Source: Magallana gigas
Lineage: Eukaryota
Reading direction: 5' to 3'
Assembly: GCF_963853765.1 (NCBI RefSeq)
Contig: NC_088856.1
Span: forward strand, 32,550,001-32,614,000
DNA: 64,000 bases
Made by a program: the position numbers and the translations under genes. Shown here piece after piece: positions 35,601 to 46,531 of this stretch. Under the pieces are notes generated by a model. That model saw nothing but the letters and a program-made list of their open reading frames with translations. It did no database searches and was not told where the DNA came from. Numbering within the stretch: the first letter of the stretch is position 1; each line of letters starts with the position of its first letter.

Positions 35601-38600
35601 GTGCCGGGAATCAGTACTCGGATACAAAGATATGGGTCGGACAGCTAGCTTTGTATGCCCAGAGAACAGGAACAATCATCCCGGTAAGACTGAATACCTG
35701 ATACATGATATAATCGATGATGCAAGAATTTGGGGGAAGAAACTGTTCTGAATGTATATCGAATTTTGCAAATTACTTCTAAATTTTGCTGGTGTTTTCA
35801 CGGACGAAAGCACTTCGGTTGTTTCTTAAAGTATATCGACCAAGGTGTAGTGTTTTGAATGAAAGACGAGGCTTGTTTTTTATTTTACCTTTTTTTAAAG
35901 GGAACGACCCCGTACATCAATCTCATCAAAAACACCACATTGAGTAGCATACCAATCGGTTACCCCTCCGTGTATACAGCTCTGATAAAGATCGCTCCAC
36001 AGGAGAGTGCCCAAGTCAAGGTTTCTGTGACGGTTAGCAGCTCTGTGTTGTCTATTTGCGGACTGCGTATAAAGGACATCGGCGACAACTACCCATGTGT
36101 CAATAAAAACGTTACCACGTCAATCAGCGGATCTTCTGGCTTCATTGACTTGGGTATCGTCACAAATACGGGTAAGGGAAAGAAGTATACATTTCCTTAA
36201 AAGCCCAAACATGTTATATGATCCCACTTAGTCTTTACAGGAAATTTGGAATTTTCAAACGGTCTGTCAACCAGAATTTTTTCCCGTAAGGCTGTAGTTT
36301 GAGCGTCTAGCATGCCTTAAATTCATTATCATACCTTATATAATTCCAGGACCCAATGCACTGGTTTCCAATGACTTCTACGACAGTAACACCATTTTAG
36401 TAGAGTTGATTCTTCAGCTAGCAGACGACACCACCACCGTAACTGATGGCTCCAGTCACAGCTTTGACGTAGACGTGGAATATGGAAGTGACGGAAGTAA
36501 AAAGAGTTTTTCCGCGCAGACGATTGTGGCCACTCATGACAAAACAGTGGCTAACTTTGTATGACTTTTTCTACTGGTTATTTTCAAAATAAGCTGGTAT
36601 CATTTCTATTCATGTGGCAAGAACTCATTTTCAAATAATTGATTTTTCAGACTTCGGTTGACAATAGAACGGTGAATTCTTTTTTTATCGAAAACATTGG
36701 AAGCAATGTCTCTGATGCAAACATAGCAAAGGGAGAGTCTAAACGATTTGTTCTCGAGATGATATATCCAGAAGGAGAGACAAAAGATATCACTGTTAAG
36801 TTTATGTCGTCCTCCATTACTTCACAACAAAACAACATGGATCTGTGTGGATCCGGACTGACCTATGTGGGAGAAAACTTCCCTTGTCTGGATAAAACTA
36901 AAATTACACCAGAGTACTCGAAGAGGTAAGAATGTGTTTCTTATTATAATTAAAGTACTCAGTAGAACTTGAACATTCTAGCCGACTAAATGGCGTTTCT
37001 CTCTGACTCTCTTAGGACCGGGTCCCTTCTGATGGATACGGCGTCATTACAGCTCGGGTTTGTTCGTTCTTCCGGGGTTAAGACTGGTGACAACGAAGCC
37101 AACAAAGTAAGAATAATAGATTATAAGTGAAATTTTCTTTGCATTTTGTAGTCACGGCTTAAATTTTAACACTCTTTAACTTCAAAACGAATAAAGCTCG
37201 GCTCATCTGACTTTGAACTGTTTTCTTTCAGCTCCGTTTGGAAGCGGTGGCTAGGCTTCTCCCCAGTTCAACACTGTCCGCGGGGACCGTGATTCCATTC
37301 CATGTGGCTGTCAATACAAACAACTTAGAGATATACGTGGGTCAGATTGATTTAACTGTGACCGACACGCCCACCACCACTACAGTGGTAAGGACAAATC
37401 ACCGTGATGGATATTATCGTGGAGATTTTTTCTTTATTCTTTTTTTTCTTCTTGGAAAATAATAAGTATTACATTGCAAACTTTTATTATTTTTCTTACA
37501 GACGACAAGCATTGTGAATACATCCTTATTGTACATCAACTCCAGCAGTGACCCTCACCCCGTGAATGTCGGTAACCTGACCACCCTTCCTATCGTCATG
37601 TACGTTCCTCCAAACACTATGTCCTCGGTCCTATTCGACATTGAGCTACCCCAGTTAACAGTCACCATAGGGACAATCGAGAACATCCGGGTTTCCTCCA
37701 GTGGAAGCAACATTGGTTGTGTCTACGAAAACGAGTCTCTGGCTTTGAAATTTGACAGGAAGTTCAATTCATCTATCAACACATGTCAGGTCCATCATGG
37801 GCAGTTGGATCTTGGAACTGTCACTAATACTGGTATGATGAAACAGCTGTTAATCATTTTGGCATTCGATCAGTGGGCTAAGGCAAGAAACATGTAGGAT
37901 TTGCTGTTGGTAAATTATTTCAAAATCTTTCCGTTTAGGGTTGTCTTATGGAACGGGTACAAACATAGAGGGTGATGACCACATTCTAATAGAAGTGGAT
38001 CTCAGAATAAATGACAACATACCTGACTCACTTGGTTCGGTATTTCCAATAAGTATCGGGGCAAAAGTTGCAGACTATATTGTTATATACGAGAAAAACA
38101 TTTCTCTAACAAGAACCGGGTATGAGAGGCCTGACCTAGAAATAATCGCTACTTACAACTCAACATTTTCAACTTCGTAAGTACGATAAAATACTGTGCA
38201 CTAGTATTCTACTGATCTAATATGAGAGTTTTTTTTCTGACAAATTTGTTGTTGCAATTGCAGATCCTTGATTGTTGTTGATGCCATCTTGAAACACAGT
38301 AATATGACGTCTGCGACTGCAATAAACGCGACGGCCTATTTTTATTTACCGCCATATTTGGAATACAAGAGTATTCAAAGTAACGTTACTCACAGTGGTC
38401 CAGTTTTTAGAGAGGGAGTCGTGGAAATCCAGGTAAATAAAGAAAAACAACCATTACTGACCTCCAAATGCCTGTGTTAACTAACTGTTGCAAAACTAAG
38501 AAAATGATATTTTCTTTCGTATAACAGTTTGACGAAGTTCTCATGTGTGACGTCATCAACATGCAGCTGACACTGGAACCGAATCAGACGACAACTGTGC

Positions 38601-41561
38601 CCCTCGACATCCTCACGGAAAACACAATGGTTGCATACGAGGTCAGTAGCTTTATGGCACACACTCCAGCCAGCGTCTACCCATCCGACCAGGTCTTTGA
38701 CACGCCCCTTCAATATCTGAACTTTAGTGTAACAGTCACCAAAGTAGGAGGTAAATATCGTACTCGTTGCAGGAAATATTCGCACATGAATAATTTAAAT
38801 TAAACGTTTGTTTGCACTTTGAATTATTGGCTTTAAAATGTTTCTGCAGTGAATATTTAATAAATTATAAAAGGTTGAATGCAGCTGAAACTGAATTGAT
38901 TGTGAATTTTGTACAACAGTGTGTGACCTACCGCTGGGTATGACCAGTGGACATATAGACGACTGTCAGCTAGACGGCTCCATAGAGAACGACCCGGCCC
39001 GACCCCCGTCACACGGCCGCTACAACGGCAACTCAGGTCAGTGCAAGGCTGTCCGCACGGTAACGTGTCTAAACACGTGTAGGATTTGTCGAGTTTCTCC
39101 TACCTATTAAAATGTATCAAAGTGTATATTTCCCATTTGTTTAAAATCTATAGCATGGAGACCATTCTCAAGAGGACCAACGTTTTCCAAATTCCGGTAT
39201 TTCCAAGTGTTCTTTGGCAACAAGACGTTGGTGAATAAGATTGTGATGCAGAAAGGCGCGGGGTACACCCACCACCCCTCCCAGCTGTCCCTCAGATACA
39301 GCAATGACGGCTACTCCTGGCAAACGGCGGAAACGGTATGACGTGATGGTGTCGCTCTTTGCTCGTCTATAAATTGAAAGAAATATATCATTTTTACAAA
39401 CATTTTCATTACATACATGTATCTACTTTAAACGCAAGCTGAAGAAAGTATTTTACCGCTTTTACGCCTCTAACTACGAATTACACAAAGGTTTCCTCAA
39501 TGCTGCATGAACAAACTGATACTTATAATAAACTTTCAGGCAACATTTTTCCGACGATTTCAGTACAAATTCAGTTGTTGATAAATATTTTTGACCAATG
39601 CACCTGCATATACTCAATCAAAATTGTCGAATAAGTGTTAAACATTCCCTAAATGACGTGAATCACGGATCGCCTGAGTTCGTCTTTTTGATGTCAAGTT
39701 TTACAATGAACTGTTGGTCTTTAAGGTGGCGGTGTCCACGCCGTTTGCGGAGACGACCATCTACCCTCAGAGGCAGACCCAGGCCCGCTTCATGAGGGTC
39801 TATATCGACAAGGACGACACTATTAACGGAGAGCCGCCAGACATAGGACTCAAGTTCGAATTCTTTGGCTGCTATCTCAGCGGAGAATACACTACAACTA
39901 GTAAGGAACAATGCACTGCGCGATAAATTGGCTTTCTTACCCTTTTGATTGCTTTAGTTGTAATTAAGTCGATGGTGAAGGCGGGACTGCATGTCAGGCA
40001 TTTAATTAACATCCCAGAGAGAAAATGATGATGATTTGACGAAATGGAACAATAGCATAATTAATTTTTGGTTGGCTTAATAACCAATTCCATTATAATA
40101 AAATGTTGATTAAAATTTGTGTATTTGTATTGATCCCATAGCGACCTTTATAGCTTATATGCGGTACTTTATTAACAACTTTATTTGGTTTCTGGACGTT
40201 TTTTTTTTCGATGTGGTCATATTTAGGATGAATGGTTTAACAAACAGATCGTGTTAGTTGTTTATAAAAGTATATTTAAACCTTACACGTATTGTTTTCT
40301 TTCAGGTGTATGCAATGCAGCGCCGAGTAATATATACCCTAACGGTCAGTAGTTCGAATCTCAAATATTGCATTAAAAAAATTCTTTGAAACGTAAAAAG
40401 AAATTTAAGTTAATGTAGTTTAAATATATATTGTATTAACAGACAATTCCTTGGTTTGCAGATTTCTATTTCCGTAGTTTCCATGCTCTGAATGGAAAAG
40501 TTCTGATGTGCGATATTAATCCTAAAGACAAGTGAGTAACAGCAGATGTTCGCCGCGTCTCTTCTCGCGGTGTCCAAATTTTTACGCTTCCATATGACTT
40601 AGAGTTAAACAAAGAACTCTGTTTTCTTCTATGTACGCACATGTCATCAAGTTATAATAGTGGTATACATGTAATTAGAAGTAACGCGTTAAAGATTTGG
40701 TTTTTAATTAAAACTGATAATTTGATGGTCTGTTCTGTTTTTCAAGGGACTTAAAACAACACTGCCATTTCTCTGTAGACGGCGCTACTTGGACAGGTAA
40801 ATACAAGTTTGTTTTATGGTACAGTTGACTCTGTTCAGTTTTTGAGGACAGTTTTAATAACATCGATTGATCATGTTGAACTTTAACCTTTTAAAGCAAT
40901 GGATGGTCGCGTTGCCAGTCTTCTTGGACACGAGTCATCAAAAAATATATTCTTTGCTTACGACAACGACCAGAGGTCTACCTTAATGAGTGAGGACGAA
41001 GGAATCACGTGGTATAATGTACCACGTGATTTCTACTTGGACACACGATCTAAGTTAACATTTACCCCGTCTAAAAACGTCCCAATGCAAGTGACCAACC
41101 TGAATGTAGCGGAGCCCCATGCCAACTATCAATTTGGACCGTGGGGAGGTTTGTCTTTAACTCAATTAACTCACAGAGTTTGAATGAAATAATTTTAATG
41201 GTAAAATAGATTACTTGTAATTATATGTGTTTTAATTTGATACCAGTACCATTTTCTACGGCTTATGACTCCTATAAAATTAATAAAGAAATTCATCCTA
41301 TTTAATGAAGTATATTCTAAGTATGTTAAGCAGTCCAAAATTTGCGCAATTTTTTTTTTGCGCAGCAAAGTTTATTTGGTAGCAATGGACAGTAACTCTA
41401 TGACAGTTCTGCAGCTCTTTAGTTTACTCAGGTGACTGTTAAGGCCCATATAACTCCTTTTAGTTTATTTTTCCTTTTTTTATACAGTTACGTTTGAGGG
41501 TTTATGGAAGAGTTCAGCAGGCATATGGAGTAGAGTGGTTGAATGGGACACGTGTTGCTGA
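23286..41561 (+). CDS. Uncharacterised large secreted protein (~1,830 aa): signal peptide, EGF-like, cadherin-like, 7 tandem ~165-aa repeats, Ig-like module, F5/8 type C (discoidin), Asp-box tail
   Basis: Phase-consistent exons: 23286-23355 (MARGLPNISLCFCVTSFFILLSK), 30372-30401 (less certain), 30836-30872, 31782-31864 (GCLHGQRTVDGSCVCLPCWSGHQCDVP), 32058-32440 (PPKFSQDVY...AFDED...YFSIMDGNEDGLFTIDPQSG), 32714-32992, 33115-33330, 33487-33787, 33881-34071, 34202-34702, 34850-35109, 35443-35683, 35901-36171, 36350-36558, 36651-36925, 37016-37106, 37232-37387, 37502-37832, 37939-38176, 38264-38432, 38528-38750, 38920-39036, 39154-39335, 39726-39900 (CDLPLGM...AWRP...YSNDGYSW...GLKFEFFGC), 40306-40344, 40462-40531, 40747-40796, 40897-41148 and 41488-41561. 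Total 5514 nt, stop-free, ending EWDTCC*. The link from the first exon to the rest is inferred. Confidence 0.8.
23618..23653. repeat. (ATC)n microsatellite
   Basis: About 12 ATC units in intron 1 of the secreted-protein gene. Confidence 0.85.
24132..24198. repeat. Minisatellite, 16-bp unit, ~4 copies
   Basis: gtcttaatgagggtat repeated. Confidence 0.85.
27029..27127. repeat. 12-bp minisatellite (cgcaccacagaa-like), ~8 copies
   Basis: Units CGCACCAAACAA, CGCACCACAGAA, AGCACCACACAG, CGCACAACATGA and similar. Confidence 0.8.
28196..28855. mobile_element. Probable non-autonomous Helentron/HINE-like element (right boundary approximate)
   Basis: It starts ttttagctaacctgag...caagtgagctt followed by a short (GTT)n/ACGT-type microsatellite. 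This layout is typical of molluscan Helentron-derived elements. Assignment is by resemblance only. Confidence 0.4.
29291..29506. mobile_element. Degenerate MITE
   Basis: actggccgaaatctcg and cgagatttcgatcagt are imperfect inverted termini. Confidence 0.45.
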
Positions 41562-42894
41562 TAGCAGAGGGTCGATACATAGAACCACTGGACCCCGCAC
41601 CCACTCAGTGACGCTACAACCCCTATAAAACCTTTGTTACAAACTTTGTTCGTTGTGACTTGTCAGTTTTTTGGTATTTTAAAGAATTGATTCACATGTG
41701 TGTTTCATCTCAATCTGCCCTTTATTTGATTTACATATTGCTGAGTATCAATGATATTCAGCGCCAGATCCCAGTAGACAACAGTCAAGTGATGTCAACA
41801 GCGTGCTTAATCAGTGCCGACAGAGATTACATATATATCAGTTTATACTTTGAAAAATAAATTCCGTCCATATCGTTACAGTTGCTGATCTATTTATATT
41901 TATTTATATGTATCCCTATATTCATACTAGTGTATAACAAAGGTTGAAAACGCCGCCTGCTTCGTTAACGCTGGAATTGTTAATGTTTCATTTCATGTCA
42001 TACCGTTATTATTTTTTGTTTATATATGTAAAACATTCAATGTTTTAAATGTGTGTTGTTTTTATTGCTACTGTCAGATTGACGGTTTGTTTCCAATGTA
42101 TACTGGGAATCTGTTATGAACTTTATCCTCCCGAACAATGTTTAAATGCGAGGCAGTACAAGGGTTAATCAAACAGTTTAAAACCTAATTCAAAAGAAAT
42201 GAAAAGTTGAAGACAGTTTTTCCACAAATTTTAACATCGCCTACATTGATATCGATGCTCAACCGTAAATGGTATTCTCCAGAAACTACATTGTATTCCT
42301 AACATTATTAAGAAAGTTTTCAAAATGGAGACCAAGCAAGAAGTAAACAGGAGAGATCCAGCTACATGTCTTTTGAGAAAGGATTATGTTACCACAATCT
42401 GATCAAAGTGAAGCAGCTAACATTGTGTATTTTTACGACATAGTATATTTTAAAAGCAATATCCGACGTGTTTCAAAGCTAGCTGATTTTGAACTTGTTT
42501 TTTTCGTTCTCTGAATCTTTTGCTTAAATATTACGCATTCAGTCAAAAAAAAAACAAAAAACGAAGAAAACAATCAAATACAAGCGTCGTACCCTTATCA
42601 CGTTTTGTTTGAGAGCAAGTTAAAAGCGTCCCGGAAATGTCAACATTTTTCAGATTCTGATGACGTCGGCATTAACTGTTAATACCTATTTTGCAGATAC
42701 ATTGCTTACCCCCAATACCTTAATTAAATTGTCGGGACTGAGCTTTGATTAATCCTTACAGAAAAAAATCTATTTGTTGGACTTTTAGACGTCAGCCTTC
42801 CTAAACCTTACAACTTCTGGTCTGCTCTTGACCTAATGTATTCAACAGCGCAATGAATTCCTCATATATACAAAACATAGTAAAGAAGGTTAAT

Positions 42895-43235
42895 GAAACA
42901 TATTAAACAACAGTAGTTGTATTGAACCATATTAAACCGCAATAGGTATACTTATTGTACCATATTTGACCACAATAGTTATATTGAACATATTAAACTA
43001 CAATAGTTATACCTATTGCACCAAATTAAACCTCAATAATTATATTGAACCATATTAAACCGCAATAGTAAAAACCACAATAGTTATACCTCTTGTATCA
43101 TATCAAACCGCAATAGCTAAATTGCACCATATTAATCCGCAGTTATATTGAATCATATTAAACTGCAATAGATATATTGAAACGTGTTAAACCACAATAG
43201 TTATACCTATTTACCATGTTTAACCACAATAGTTT
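42895..43235. repeat. Degenerate minisatellite, ~28-33-bp unit
   Basis: Recurrent attgaaccatattaaacc(g/a)caatagttat(acct). Confidence 0.75.
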
Positions 43236-43313
43236 TACTTTACTATCACTAACCGCAAATCCTTCTCAGTAACAGTACTATAAATCTTGTAACCATAAAC
43301 AAAGCCAAAAAAC

Positions 43314-44597
43314 AGTAATACTCTAGTCAGTGACTGCAAAAGCCCAGTCAGTAACGGCAATACTCTAGTCAGTGACTGCAATAACCCAGTTAGTAATTGC
43401 AATACTCTAGTCAGTTACTGAAATAACCAAGTCATTGACTGCAATACTCTAGTCAGTGACTGCAATAACCCAGTCAGGAACGGCAATACTCTAGTCAGTT
43501 ACTGCAATATCCCAGTCAGGAACGGCATTACTGTAGTCAGTGACTGCAATTACCCAGTCAGGAACGGCAATACTCTAGTCAGTTACTGCAATAACCCAGT
43601 CAGGAACGGCAATACTCTAGTCAGTTACTGCAATAACCCAGTCAGGAACGGCATTACTGTAGTCAGTGACTGCAATTACCCAGTCAGGAACGGCAATAGT
43701 CTAGTCAGTGACTGCAATTACTCGGTCAGCAACGTCATTACTCAGTCAGTAACTGCAAAATCCAAGTCAGTAACGGCAATAGTCTAGTCAGTGACTGCAA
43801 TAACCCAGTCAGTGACTGCAATACTCTAGTCAGTGACTGCAGTAACTCAGTCAGTGACTGCAATACTCTAGTCAGAGACTGCAATAACCCAGTCAGGAAT
43901 GTCATTACTCAGTCAGTAACTGCAATAACCCAGTCAGTAACGGCAATACTCTAGTCAGTGACTGCAATAACCCAGTCAGGAACGGCAATACTCTAGTCAG
44001 TGACTGCAATAACCCAGTCAGGAACGGCATTACTGTAGTCAGTGACTGCAATTACTCAGTCAGGAACGGCAATAGTCTAGTCAGTGACTGCAATTACTCG
44101 GTCAGGAACGTCATTACTCAGTCAGTTACTGCAAAAAACCAGTCAGTAACTGCAATACTCTAGTCAGTGACTGCAATAACTCAGTCAGTAATGGCACTGC
44201 TCTAGTCAGTGACTGGAATAACCCAGTCAGGAACGGCATTACTCAGTCAGTAACTGTAAAAACCAAGTCAGTAACTGCAATACTCTAGTCAGTGGCTGCA
44301 ATAACCCAGTCAGGAACGGCAATACTCCAGTCAGTGACTGCAATAACCCAGTCAGTAACAGCAATACTCTAGTCAGTGACTGCAATCACCCAGTCAGTGA
44401 CTGCAATACTCTAGTCAGTAACTGCAATAACCCATTCAGTAATGGCAATACACTAGTCAGTGTCTGGAATAACCCAGTCAGGAATGGCAATACTCTAGAC
44501 AGTAACTGCAATAACCCATTCAGTAACTGCATACTCAGTAACTGCAATAACCAAGTCAGTAACTGCAATACTTAGTCAGTAACTGCAATAACCAGAA
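43314..44597. repeat. ~1.3-kb satellite array: 42-bp unit built from two 21-bp subunits
   Basis: aatactctagtcagtgactgc alternates with aataacccagtcaggaacggc, with occasional 20-bp variants. Confidence 0.92.
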
Positions 44598-46531
44598 ACA
44601 GCAATTCCATGGCCAATAAACTCTAAGACGCTGGCCACTAACATCATTCCCGGCCAGTTACCACAATACAGTAGTCAGTAACTTCTATAACCTACAGCAA
44701 GTTATCACAATGATTAAGTCTGTAATCGCTGATAATTCATATAAAATAAATAATAGATAAGTACAAGTCTAGGGGTAAAAGTATACTTTATTCCATCAAA
44801 ATATTGGATTGCTATATAAATGGAATGTCTTTCTTCTCTCGCCTATGAAATAAATATACACTGTTTGTTTATAAAATATGTTGTTTGCTGTGATGCTGCA
44901 GAATGAAACATTCACTCACTCTTTCAATACAAAAAACATCAGGTTTCCATGCAAATAGTACAAAAAGCATAACATACACTGAATAAATTGTCTTTGGTGC
45001 TAGATTAAACAAAAGAAAAAAATCTTCGTAATTGCCATTTGATACATTGAAGCTCAATATTTCCTAAAACAAGAACAAATATACATACTTCCACTGAATT
45101 ACACTAGAATCACCAGTTCTTTAAATTACATATTATGAAATCTCTTTTTTTTCCATTTCAAAACCATGTCTTGTTTTTTTTCTATAAAAAAAGACATACA
45201 CCTCTAAAAAAGTAATTTTTTCAAATATATTTAAAATGCCATCAAGATTTTACTTCCTGACATTTATGTGCTGTATAAAAATACTTTGTACTATAAAAAT
45301 GTGACATTCAATACCACAAATTCAGTGTGAAACATAAACTCTGAATATAATCATGCTCTATTTGTAGAGGAAAATTGCTGTAGTATAAAAACACAAACTT
45401 TTCAACAAAATGGAACTCTATTCTAAAAAAATAAAAAGTAGCAATGACTTCTCCAGGTTTCCTGTAAATATGGCATTTTGAATTGATAATATTTCATTGT
45501 GGTTGTAAAACAAAACAAGTCCTTAACATTCATGGTTCCAAGCAGTCACTATAAATAATATTCCACTCTTTATCTAGCTTGTACTCAAAATGCCAATGAT
45601 TTAATGTAAAGTGTAATTATTATTAAACAATGAATTATACATTTATATACTTATGTATAACAACTACCTAAAGGTTCAAATGAAACAGCAACATTTAAGT
45701 AACAACTAAACTGTCATGGTTAAAAATCTTTTCAGCACTGCATGTGGGGTTTTATCATCATAACAACATACTCATTGCAAACAAAAGTTGGTCTTGATTC
45801 ATAGTCCAATCCCTAAATTAAAGCTAACAATGGCACAAGAACAAGAAAGCTAGGATTTTCTCTTCATATAATTATATTTCAACCATTGGACGGCTACACA
45901 TCATGAAGAGTCATTTAATTGCATAGGGCATCAGCACTTGCAGTAATCTGGTGCTCCAGCCATCTAGCTCACCAAAATGGCAGACAATTTGCTGTAATAT
46001 CACTGAAATTTTGCATATGCTCATTTAAACTGGTGGCATCGCTGAAAGTACCTCTAGCAAAATTAACCCTAAAGCTGGTGACCTAGTCAAAGTAAGTGTA
46101 AACTGGTGACTCAACAAACCATCAATAACTGCACTAAACAAAATTAATATAAAATCAGAAGATGCCTTTTAATGGATTTTTTCTTCATACAAAAAAATAC
46201 AAGTCGAATACCAAAAAATCATATGGCAAGATATTCTAATCTCTATCAAAATGTCCTTAATTTGACTTTTAAGAATCTCTAATCAACCACAAAAGTGCAA
46301 CGTAAAATTCCATTAAACGTTTCTTATCACACAACAACTAAGAAATAAAGTTAATATAAAATCCATAAACGCCATTTGTTACTTTGCCAATTCTACCCAC
46401 CAATTTCTGAATCCAAGTGATTTCAAATACTAGTGTAACAAGTTGTAGAACAATGACAGACTGCACTTGGAGAATCGAATACTTTGTGGGGAGAGAGAGG
46501 GAGAGGAGGAGGGGAGGGGAGAGGAGGAGGG

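Noticed and set aside
43421-43790. Stop-free frame through the satellite (NTLVSDCNNPVRNG repeats) and the Leu-rich minus ORF 44386-44568
   Set aside because: This is a consequence of the 21-bp periodicity. The frame is broken by stops and 20-bp units, and there is no start or splice context.
41562-46531. Idea that the secreted protein is the ligand of the adjacent convergent MET-like receptor
   Set aside because: Adjacency is the only support, and the protein has no kringle, PAN or serine-protease-like domains typical of HGF/MSP.
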